From NCBI GenBank assembly GCA_963514005.1, contig OY740812.1:15934001-15998000 (forward strand): a stretch of 64,000 nucleotides of DNA, given 5' to 3'. Shown piece after piece: positions 53,279 to 64,000 of this stretch; position 1 is the first letter of the stretch, and every line of letters begins with the position of its first letter. This DNA is from Raja brachyura. Lineage: Eukaryota. The notes below the pieces were generated by a model. The model was not told the DNA's origin. It saw only the letters and a program-made list of their open reading frames with translations, and made no database searches. The position numbers and the translations under genes are program-made.

Positions 53279-54262
53279 TGGGGGGCACTCTCGGTGCTGG
53301 GGATCGAGGGGGGGGCACTCTCGGTGCTGGGGATCGAGGGGGTGGGGTGGAGGGGGCACTCTCGGTGCTGGGGATCGAGGGGGGGGCACTCTCGGTGCTG
53401 GGGATCGAGGGGGGGCACTCCCGGTGCTGGGGATCGAGGGGGGGGGTGGGGTGGAGGGGGCACTCTTGGTGCTGGGGATAGAGGGGGGGCACTCTCGGTG
53501 CTGGGGATCGAGGGGGGGCACTCTCGGTGCTGGGGATCGGGGGGGGGGCACTCTCGGTGCTGGGGATCGAGGGGTGGGGTGGAGGGGGCACTCTCGGTGC
53601 TGGGGATCGAGGGGGCACTCGGTGCTGGGGATAGAGGGGGCACTCGGTGCTGGGGATAGAGGGGGCACTCTCGGTCCTGGGGATAGAGGGGGCACTCTCG
53701 GTGCTGGGGATAGAGGGGTGGGGTGGAGGGGGCACTCTCGGTGCTGGGGATAGAGTGGGGGTGGGGTGGAGGGGGCACTCTCGGCACTGGGGATAGAGGG
53801 GGCACTCTCGGTGCTGGGGATAGAGGGGGCACTCTCGGTGCTGGGGATAGAGTGGGGGTGGGGTGGAGGGGGCACTCTCGGCACTGGGGATAGAGGGGGC
53901 ACTCTCGGTGCTGGGGATGGTGGGGTGGGGTGGAGGGGGCACTCTCGGTGCTGGGGATAGAGGGGGCACTCTCGGTGCTGGGGATAGAGGGGGGGTGGGG
54001 TGGAGGGGGCACTCATGGTGCTGGGGATAGAGGGGGCACTCTCGGTGCTGGGGATAGAGGGGTGGGGTGGAGGGGGCACTCTCGGTGCTGGGGATAGAGG
54101 GGGCACTCTCGGTGCTGGGGATAGAGGGGTGGGGTGGAGGGGGCACTCTCGGTGCTGGGGATAGAGGGGTGGAGGAGGCACTCTCGGTGCTGGGGATAGA
54201 GGGGGCACTCGGTGCTGGGGATAGAGGGGTGGGGTGGAGGGGGCACTCACGGTGCTGGGGGG
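53279..54262 (+). repeat. G-rich minisatellite, about 30 units
   Basis: Core GGGGGCACTCTCGGTGCTGGGGAT(A/C)GA, with an optional GGGGTGGGGTGGA insert. Confidence 0.95.
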
Positions 54263-54264
54263 GG

Positions 54265-54765
54265 AGGGGGGACTGGGTGCCAGCGGGTGTCGGCGCGGCT
54301 GCCGTGAACTCTTCCCTCCGCCTGCGGCGCCACTGAGCAGCAGCGGCGACAGGCGGTGGGTGTGAGGGAGGAGGAGGAGGAGGAGGAGGAGGAGGGGGGG
54401 GGGGGAGCAAACATCACGGAGCGGAGCTCGGGAGGGAGCGAGAAGCGGAGCTCGAGTCACCGGCCGTGAGTACCTGAGACCCCCGGCCGTGAGTACCTCA
54501 CCCCCCCGTCGTTGGGACGCATTCACCACCCTCCCGAGTAATGGGGGAGATGGCGTCGCTGCTCTCCGGCACCGGTACCCTGCCCCCGGGGTGAGAGGAG
54601 CCGCCGTGTTTATTTACTGCGTGACACGAGGCCTGATGCCCGGGCGGCTCCTCCACCCCGGGCCGGGGGCTGAGACCGGACGGGGCCGACCCGCCGCTGC
54701 CGGGGACCCGGGCTCAGCATCACTGCCCAGCTCCGGGCGCTGCCCCCCTCAGTCTGACCCGGTCA
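54265..54765 (+). promoter_or_regulatory. CpG island, probable promoter and first non-coding exon of the next gene
   Basis: CpG-dense, (GGA)n tract, candidate donors ccggcc|gtgagt at 54466 and 54489. Confidence 0.65.
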
Positions 54766-56369
54766 ATGTTATTGACACTCTGTCTTTCTGTCTTTTAAAA
54801 AAAAATCAGAACATTGCTCCATTAATAATAACAAACATCCCCACCAGCTGTTCCACCTCCATCACTATCACTTCCCCGTTTGACTTTTAAGTGGCTGCGT
54901 GTGTGTTTTATCTTTAACAGCAGTCCACCAAAGCAATTGTTATGTTGCACATCCTTCATTCTTCTAACACACATCATCACCACCCCCCTCCCCCCCCAAA
55001 AAAAAACCCCAGTCACTCTGCTTCTTTCCGTGTCGTAGTTGAAACCCTCGTCCCCATCGAGCTGCCCAGCCTGCTGAGTTCCTCCAGCACTTGGTGTTTT
55101 TGTTCATCTTTCCATATCTGCAGTTCCTTCACTCTTCGTTCTCTGCACCACCATTAAAAGCCTTTCTTTCATGTCATCACTGCATTCTGTCCTCCGACAA
55201 AGTCAGTTTGTACCTATTCTTTGCCGTCATATGTTCCTTTTCTGGTCTCCCTTCTGCTTCTTGCTCATTATCCAAATTTTCCTGCTAGTGTAATGTCATT
55301 TAATGCAACAATAACTGATGGAGGCTGTAAAATTACAATAGGGTTAGAGACAGAAAGTAAAGGTTTTTTTGTATTTTTGGAGAACTGAACAAGGAGTCAT
55401 AGTTATAAATCGAAGGTAGACACAAAATGCTGAAGGAACTCAGCAGGACAGGCAGCATCTCTGTAGAGAAGGAATGGGTGACGTTTCTGGTCGAGACCCT
55501 TCTTCAGACTACTTCTAGTCATAGTTAGAAGATGGTTATAAATCAGACAAGCAACCAGGTTGGAAATCCTTAATGCTGGGAAAGCTTATCATGTAGAACT
55601 TGCTGAAATGACCAGCATGGATGCATTATGGAAATCCAGATACTTATCAAAGGGAAATGTTTGGATTGAATGTTAAATGAAGGTGGTGCCTTGTGTGGAG
55701 CACAAGAACAAACACAAACTTTGGTTTTGTCAATAGTATGTAATATATCGCACAGCTTGTTAATTGTAGCTGCCTCATCGGGCTGTATCTTGTTCCCAAG
55801 TCAAGATACTTGTTATATGCACAAGTAGAGTTAATTACAGCTATAATAAAGATCTTGCTTGCAGCACTATCAGCCACATGGACTAGGATAGCAAACAAAA
55901 CAGAAATTATTAATTAGACAATGAAAAGAAAAATGTGCAAAAACAAGACTTTGGTGCAAAATACAATGAGCACATGGTAGTGCAATATGTAGCCTAGACG
56001 TAGATCACAAGACCTACACCAACCCCAAACCAATTAGGAGCAGACGAGGGCATTCGATCCAATTTGTGGTCCCAGCCACAAAGACAGATGTGTACAGTAA
56101 ATTGTTCTTCCCACGCGCTATTAAAGCATGGAATAATCTCCATCAAGCCACGGTTGCCCAGCCAGATGCAACTAAATTTAAAGTGGCACTTTCTTCCCAA
56201 TAACCCTCTCTTGCTTAACGCCTCCCTTCACCACCTCCAATTTAAATTCCAGTTGGAATATTTTGGAGGACCAAGTAACCAAGAACCAAGCCCACAGTGT
56301 TACTGAGGTTGGATTAGAATTGTGCAGATTAGTTCAAAAACCTGTAGTATTTGTTTCATTATTGTCACG

Positions 56370-56600
56370 TGTACTGAGATAACTGTTCCTGGCCTCGGTG
56401 GTGTGGGACTTCACGCACTTGTCTCGCCTACCCAGCAGCCTCAGTGAGAAGGGGACATGGCTCGGATGTTGGGAATCCTTAATGATAGATGCTGCTGGCT
56501 CTAGGCAGCGTCTCGTGTAGATGGTTTCGATGGTGGGACTGGCTGTGCCTATGAAGGACTGAACTGAGTCCATCACTTTCTGCAGCTCTTGCACTGGTTT
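56370..56600 (-). mobile_element. Rex1/Babar-type remnant (continues to about 57470)
   Basis: LQKVMDSVQSFIG..IYTRRCLEPAASIIKDSQHP; upstream piece YRRETEHLV at about 57340-57370. Confidence 0.65.
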
Positions 56601-56888
56601 TGCTGTACCGGACAGATACCTTTCTAAAGTTTATCTGTAGAAGTTTGTTAGAAGATTGGGGGAGATGAGCATTCCTGTTCAGAATCTGACTTATGATTTA
56701 AAAAAATCATTTATCAATGTTGTAAAACGATACAGAAGGGACAGACACATCAGTGGAAACTGGCACGTGGTCTCCCATTCTGCATCAGTCAGAATTGGTA
56801 GTTTTCCCATTCCACCGTCAATGATTAGTCCCCTGGATTTGTTGATTTTGATGAAGAGGTTGTTGTTGCAGCACCGCTTGACCAGGTG

Positions 56889-57338
56889 TTTAAGAAGGAA
56901 CTGCAGATGCTGGAAAATCAAAGGTAGACAAAAATGCTGGAGAAACTCAGCGGGTGAGGCAGCATCGATGGAGCGAAGGAAATAGGCAACGTTTTGGGTC
57001 AAGACCCTCCTTCAGACTGATGTGAGGGTGGTGGGGGGGGGGGGGGCGGGCGGGTAGAAGAAGGAAGAGGCGGAGACAGTGGGCTGAGGGAGAGCTGGGA
57101 AGGTGAGGAGAAAGCAGGGACTACCTGAAATTGGAGAAGTCAATGTTCATACTGCTGGGGTGTAAACTGCCCAAGCGAAATATGAGGTACTGCTCCTCCA
57201 ATTTACAGTGGCCATAGAGGAGGCCCAGAACAGAAAGGTCGGATTCGGAATGGGAGGGGGAGTTGAAGTGCTGAGCCACCGGGAGATCAGGGTGGATATT
57301 GCGAACCAAGCGGAGGTGTTGGCCAAAGCGATTGCCCC
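56889..57338 (-). mobile_element. 5'-truncated Penelope-like element (GIY-YIG C-terminus plus pseudo-LTR)
   Basis: GNRFGQHLRLVRNIHPDLPVAQHFNSPSH..KLEEQYLIFRLGSLHPSSMNIDF; 9-bp TSD gaccaggtg at 56880-56888 and 57339-57347. Confidence 0.82.
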
Positions 57339-59439
57339 GACCAGGTGCTCTGTTTCCCTCCTGTATGTTGACACATTACTACCCATGATTTGGGCAAAAC
57401 GGAGATGTTGTTACCAATCCACGCTGACTGATTGATGCTTGCTAATGAGGAAGTCAACGATCCAGTTGCAGGTTTTAGAGGTTGGGATTGCAGGGGTGAA
57501 GCGTTAAAGGAGAAAAGGTAAGGCTAATGGACGTTGGGAGGGGGCTTTGAAGGACCTAGACAATTTGCTTGAAAAAATAGATACAAAGAATAGTGGTAAA
57601 TAGAAGTTAAACTGGAGGAACATAGGATAAACACAAGAAGATCAAAGTAAAGACATTTAATGATGGGGGTGGGGAAGGTGAGCATTCCCATTAAGAATGG
57701 GGATAAGAATTTTGAACGTCATTCATATGTTGAAGGATGTATCCAGACTACAGAGGTATTGGCCAGGAGATTAAGAACAGACACTGTTACATGGAGAGTG
57801 TTGCCCTATGTGTTGAGGTGGATGTAAGCAAATGGGGCATTTGGAATGTCAGGTTGTGAGATAATATATACATGATCTGTGAGCCTGAGAAGCAGTCTAA
57901 CATTAAAAATCTCTTCTATTTATACGCCTCAAAAAAATGAAAAGATAAATGTACACATGTTTGAGCTTTGACCATTAAAGCAACTGAACCCAAAGATTTA
58001 TTTTTAAGGTAGAACATTGCTTGCTTATTTTTAATTATTTAATTACCCATTATTTTAATTTTTTCACTATCGTATGAAGGATTAACTGTATCAATGAATA
58101 TTACCTTGCAGTAACTAGGTGTCTTCACATAATATTGTGCTCAGTTTTGAATCACTTGCCTAAAAAGGAAATGAGAGAAAGGAATCTGCCATGCCTCGGG
58201 TGAAATAATTATTCTATCTGGGGAGGCTAGACAGTTTAGGTCTGTGTACCTCAGAGTTCAGAAGAATGACTGATAAACTTATTCGAAAGGGGTTTGACAG
58301 TAGATGTTGATATACAGTGAAATTCCTCGTATGTTGCAAAACATACTTGGCTAATAAAATCTGATTCTGATTCTCACTAGGTGAGTTATAATCAAGGGAT
58401 CATAACTATACATCCAAAAAGATGTGTCAGTTTACAGTGTTTCTGACACTTCTTCTTTCGTGTGGCGTGCACAACTTGTTCTATTTGATCTTCCATTTGT
58501 GCACGTCGAGTTGATTGCATTAGTCGAAACAGGGCGGACCACATGAAGGTTGCAATCTTCCACCCCGTTTCTGACACTTTGATTGTCTTAGTCAGTCTTG
58601 TACAAACCCTTAAAGGCATAGTACCTGAAATCACAAAACAACACACATTATGGCTGCCTTAGAGGAGGGAAAATAAAAGAGATCCCAGATTAATGCAGCA
58701 GAGACAGAGACATGTTTGTAAATGTGATACTTGCCAGCAGGGAAGTTCTGTGTCTGACCAGGAACAGAAAGAGTGAGTGGGTCAGAAAACGTGCCAATAT
58801 ACAAAGACCTGGTCGGAGGTGAATCAAATATTCTCCCGAAGTTCCGGTTTTTGCACAATTGAGCAGAACTGCTGAAAACCTCAGAATTGACACAGTAAAA
58901 CGAGTTGCATGCACAACCAAAAAATGAGCGTTTCCGGAGGGCATTTATTCAGACACATGGGCAGACCATTATTCCTCTTGCCCTCTTAAACACCAGTTCC
59001 TAACCGCACCTACCATTGACAATCTACCCCTCCGTCCCCTCAGAGGACAGGCCCCAAAAGATAAGATCACAAAAGGTCAATCATTGTCCTTCATTTCATT
59101 CAGGTATATACTGAGGAACGACTGAGAAGTCACTCACGTTGCAGGAGGATAATTGAGTTAGCAGCTTATCAACCTGAGAAAGTAATCCTCTCCTTGGCAG
59201 AGGAACCACAGTAAAGCATACTGTTGTGGATCTTCATTAACTATTTCTTTGTTGAACTAATCTACAGTTAGTGTGTGCCTCGCTGTATAACTTATTTGCA
59301 ATAATCTTCTGTTTGTAAGGTATGAAGGGGGACCCCCTGATTGATCTGTATAAAATGAATGAGGGATGAGTGTAGAGTGATTTTGATGACTGAAGTGTAT
59401 TATTACACCTGATGCATCACTTCAGATACTTGTATGGTG

Positions 59440-60640
59440 GATGAGCCACAGTTATACAGCACTGAAAGAGCCCTATGGCCCAGTTCATCAATGCCCATTT
59501 AGATGCCTATCAAAGCTCGTTTAATTTGCCTGTGTTTGGCCCATATCTCTCTAAACCTTTCCTATCCATGTGCCTGCATTTACACAATTTACACGTAATT
59601 ATACTCACCTCTACTGCCATCTCTGGCTTCTTGTTCCATATACCCATCATCCTCTCTGAAAAAGTTGCTTCTTAGGTCCCTTTTAAATCTTTCCCTAAAT
59701 TTATGCCCTCTAGCTTTCGACTTTCCCACCGCCGACAAAGGCCGTCCACCTCATCTATGCCCACCCCCCATTATTTTATATACCTCTAAGATCAGCCTTC
59801 AATCTCCTATGTTTTGGAGGGGGAAAGTCTCAGCCTATCCAGTCTCTCCGTATATCTCTACTCTTCCAGTTCTGGTAAGATCCTCGTGAATCTTTCCTGG
59901 CTTAATGACATTGCTCCTATGGATGGGCAGCCAAAACTCCACTCAATACTCCGTGTGGTCTCTCCAACAACTTTACAGTTGCAACATGATGTCTCTATTC
60001 CAGTACTCCAAGTGTGGCACATTGGCGCAGCGGTAGAGTTGCTGCCTTACAGCACAGGAGACCCGGGTTCTGGGACACTGTCTGTACGGAGTTTAAATGT
60101 TCTCCCCATGACTGCGTGGGTTTTCCCTGGATACTCCGGTTTCCTCCTACACTCCAATGACATACAGGCTTGTAGGTTAATGTGGCTTTGGTAAAAATTG
60201 TAAATTGTCCCTAGTGTGTAGGATAGTCCTGGTGTATGGGCATCTCTGGTTGCTGAAGACTTGGTGGGTCGAAGGGCCTGTTTCCTCGCTGTATCTTTAA
60301 ACCAAACAAAACTACTCAGTACTCTGACTAGTGAAGGCAAGTGTGCCAAACATCATCTTCACCCTGTCAACCTGTGATGTCACTTTCAGGAAACTATGTA
60401 CCTTCACACCTAGGTCAACAATGCAATTTGGCATTGACTGTGCACGTCTTGCTTTGCTTTGAGTTACCACAGCACAACACCTCACACTTGTCTGAGATAA
60501 CTTCTGTCATTCCTTGGCCCACTGGCCTTTTCATTTTGATTCCATGTGTAATCTTAGATAACCTTCTTCACTATCCACTTCAACACCAATTTTGGTGTCA
60601 TCCACAAACTTACTAAGCATTGTTGACAAAAACAGTAGAA
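59440..60640 (-). mobile_element. Degenerate CR1 remnant interrupted by a SINE
   Basis: CR1-like 3' region on the minus strand; FVDDTKIG-like RT motif near 60590-60610. Confidence 0.6.
60014..60311 (+). mobile_element. tRNA-derived SINE
   Basis: Colinear similarity to the 50223-50499 copy. Confidence 0.78.
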
Positions 60641-63013
60641 TAATTTAGAGAGCAAAGACACCAGGTCTTTGGAGACTGCTTTGGCCAGGAAGCTTACAGG
60701 GTCTACAGGGGGGTGAAGAGGTGGGATGGTCCAGGCATGAGATGAATGTTGGAATACTTCTTTAAGGTGGCTGATGCGGTCACTCTACAAAACAGCATCT
60801 TGTCAGGCCTGCTTGTCGAAATACAGGAGGTAACATGAAGCATAGGAGTTGTGTGGAGCAGAAGACTATGAGTACTGCTTTTTAGAGAATTATGCATACT
60901 TTTTTGCATGGGCGTGGCAGTCATCCCAACGCACAGACAATGATCAGATACCGTTCCTGGCCTGGATTTGTCTGTGCAAGTGCAGCTTGAAACTTCAGGA
61001 GAAACTATTTGGAGGAGGGAGCAGTTTGATATTTTTTGTTGAGCAGAGAGAGATGTTACTCAAGAGCAAACTGCTGACTTTATTGAGCAATGGAATGTCA
61101 GATTGTTGCCCTTGTGCACACTGGAATATAACACATGAGCAGTTTCTACTTTTCCAGGAGCATAGGATGCTACACAAGGCAGATTGCTATCCTGTATGAG
61201 CAGAGAGATGCAACACACAACAGATTACTCTACTTAAGGAGCAAATGCATTATATGTATCAACCCATCACTCTTCTACAGAGGTAGATGTCACCTCTCCA
61301 CGCCCCATTCGCAAGCCTTTTCGTTCTGATGATGGCCATTCCACATTCTTCCTTCCCCAGCTACAGCCTATCTTGCGTCACAGAGCAACCTGGAATATAT
61401 TGCATCCTGCTATTGGGATTTATCAATCCTTGTATGTTCTGTTATCCAACACCCCTTCCTTCTTAATACTGATGTACTCTGGACCATCAGTGTACCCTCC
61501 CCGAACTCACTATCTTTCATGTGCTTCGTGGTGAATGCAAATGAGAAGCATTCATTTAGGACTACCCATATTCCCTGGATTCACACATAGATTACCCCTT
61601 TGGGAACCTACCCTTTCCCTGGCTACACATTTACTGCTGAATCAGATATACTGGACAAACGTCTTGGAATTTTCACCCTCTAACTTGTTTCTGACTAATA
61701 CAGAATATTAGTGTTCATATTATTACATTTTTTCGCCATTAGTACTATACCTTTAAAGCTGAGATGATTAAAATCTCAGATGCCGAAGTGAAATATCAAA
61801 AGGCGAAGGTGAGGATAATTTGAGGAAAAATACATTTGCAACACATCTAATTAATATCTTGCTATTATATGTGTCGGGCACCAATATTTCTTGTGAGACA
61901 TAGGTTTGTGCAATTTCATGGCCAATTACATGGATAGACACATGGATGACCATTCCAGGCTCAAGCATCTTGCACCATTTTGTCTATTAGTTCATTAAAA
62001 TGAGGGATTAATGTCTCACAGTAAGCTCCTTCACTTAAGAACACTTTTATAAATTGATACTTCAGTCATACAACAACTGCACTGAAAAAGGCAGAATAAC
62101 TCCATAGAGGTTTATTTATGAAAATGTAGGCGCATACCAAAAAAACTCATTTCAATTTAATCAACACCATGGAACGAATAAAGGAAGCACAGCCTTGGTA
62201 TTTTTTGTTTGCCTTAAGGCAGTTCCAGGGAAAAGCAGAGTGAAATGAAAATTTACCAAAGCACAAAGATTATATGGGCATTGGGCAAACTGAGAAGAAA
62301 ATAGCGGAAGGTGACAACAAAATGGAAGCAGTGGAGAAAGAATGACTGGAAAGCAGAGCGAAACATAGAATTCCAAATTTAGGAGAACTGAGTCTTAATA
62401 TTTGCTATTCTTTTGATTCCACCCACAGTTCTCGCTGATCTTTTTGAGCACTAATCCCCTCCACGTGATTATGGGCAGATACCGTAGTTCTCGAGCCAAA
62501 TCTACTCCTACCCATTCTTCCTCATCTTTAACATCAAGCACTGTTATTACTGCAGACTGAGAGGCACATGACTGTGATGTCATTTTCATATTATTCCTGC
62601 TGTATGGAAGTTTTGTAATAGAATGGTACCTTTCTAAGATATATTTTTCCTTTATGAGTTTTCCCTCTATTTTTGATTATTAGAAAGAATTATTTTGTTT
62701 TCTGATGTGCACTTCTGTGATTTGAAATCTCTAATCAAGAGAAGATATTGCATGGTTTAAAAAGTAGCTCACACGTGGGTGCAGATAACAAAACAATCGA
62801 GTCATCTTGATGCAGTTTGAAAGTAGCTAGCCGAAAATTAACCCATTAATCCTCATCATCGGAACTCAAAACAAAATTCGATTTTGGTCTTTTTTTTCTA
62901 ATTCATTACTAATGTATCATGTATACATCTTAAGCTCATTTGAAAAAAAGTTAATGTAATAATTATTACAATATAAAGAGATTTAATGTTATATACATCC
63001 ACTAGTTTTCATG

Positions 63014-63211
63014 CAGATCCAGGTTTACACCAAAGATAGACACAAAATGTTGGAGTAACTCAGCGGGACAGGCAGCATCTCTAGACAGAAGGAATAGGTG
63101 ACGTTTCGTGTCGAGACCCTTCTGCAGCCTGAAGAAGGGTCTCGACCCGAAATGTCACCCATGCCTTCTATCCAGATATGTCCCGCTGAGTTACTCCAAC
63201 ATTTTGTGTCT
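63014..63211. mobile_element. Penelope-derived palindromic repeat with 17-bp TSD
   Basis: Near-perfect inverted arms; atccactagttttcatg at 62997-63013 and 63212-63228. Confidence 0.82.
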
Positions 63212-63265
63212 ATCCACTAGTTTTCATGTTAACCAAATGTATACAAATCTTGACAATCAATCAAA

Positions 63266-63573
63266 TTTAGTTTCGTTTAGAGACACAGCACGGAAACGAG
63301 GCCTTCACCAACTGAGTCCTCGCCAATCAGCAATCCCCGCACACTAACACTATCCACCACACACTAGGGACAATTTACAATTATACCAAGCCAATAACTG
63401 ACAAACCTGTACATGTTTGGAGTACGAGAGTAAACTGGAGATCCCGGAGAAAACCCGTGCAGGTCACGGGGAGAACGTACAAACTCCAGACAGACAAACA
63501 CCCATAGTCAGGATCAAGCCCAGGTTTCTTGCGCTGCAAGGCAGCAACCTACCGCTGCGCCACCGTGCCACCC
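63266..63573 (-). mobile_element. tRNA-derived SINE
   Basis: Reverse complement of the same SINE family, with head and tail present. Confidence 0.8.
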
Positions 63574-64000
63574 AACACTTTCACAAACTTTTATTCTTCA
63601 CAATTTAGCTCCAGTTCATAGGGGGTATGCAGACGATTTGATAGAGAGGTGTACAGGGCCATTAATCTTTTGTTTTCCAATTACTGTGGAAGTGGAACTT
63701 TCAGTGATTGGTGTATTGTGGATGCATTGTCTGATGTTTGCATTTATGGCTATCAGTGAACAGGAAATTACAGACTGAAACTGTGAAGCACCACTGACAA
63801 TGAGAGCACAAACATGTTGCGTCGCTAGCATTGTGGTTTAGAAATGAGAACAAGGTCTAACCATTTTTGTGGTAAAATTTTCTGGTATTCCTTGAAGTGT
63901 CAATATTTAGAACGTGTTGCTGAGAATCCATAGGAATCAAGTTTCTGGTATTGCATTAAGAAGTGACGTTTGGAAGATGAAGAGGGGTAGGCAAAAGAAT

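Noticed and set aside
53168-54529. Long Pro-rich and Gly-rich ORFs (453, 398, 257 aa and others)
   Set aside because: They are translations of the minisatellite, open in many frames, with no domain content.
58640-58950. KCDTCQQ motif suggesting an integrase zinc finger or a TMEM106 CxxC exon
   Set aside because: Surrounding frames have stops, with no supporting motifs or splice context.

Overview
Vertebrate genomic DNA. The repeat content (tRNA-derived SINEs, CR1, Rex/Babar, L1, Penelope) suggests a cartilaginous fish such as a skate or ray; this is inference. The window holds a complete + strand NBR1 autophagy cargo-receptor gene, which I reconstructed by hand as 22 coding exons (3420..45224, 3021 nt, 1006 aa). 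All junctions are GT-AG and phase-consistent, and the protein has PB1, ZZ, coiled-coil, FW, two LIRs, J helix and UBA. Its CpG-island promoter carries a CLEAR/E-box/CRE cluster and appears bidirectional, with a probable non-coding first exon of a divergent gene (BRCA1 by synteny, not shown directly). A second CpG island at about 54.3-54.8 kb, preceded by a 1-kb G-rich minisatellite, probably starts the next gene. Introns contain a near-intact 5'-truncated L1, a decayed Tc1, two Helitron-type elements, hAT and pogo-type MITEs, a solo LTR and many Penelope-derived palindromes with hammerhead-like cores and long TSDs. The most notable leads are two sequence-encoded routes to UBA-less NBR1 isoforms and a 79-bp hairpin before the UBA exon. 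None is proven to be a new system.
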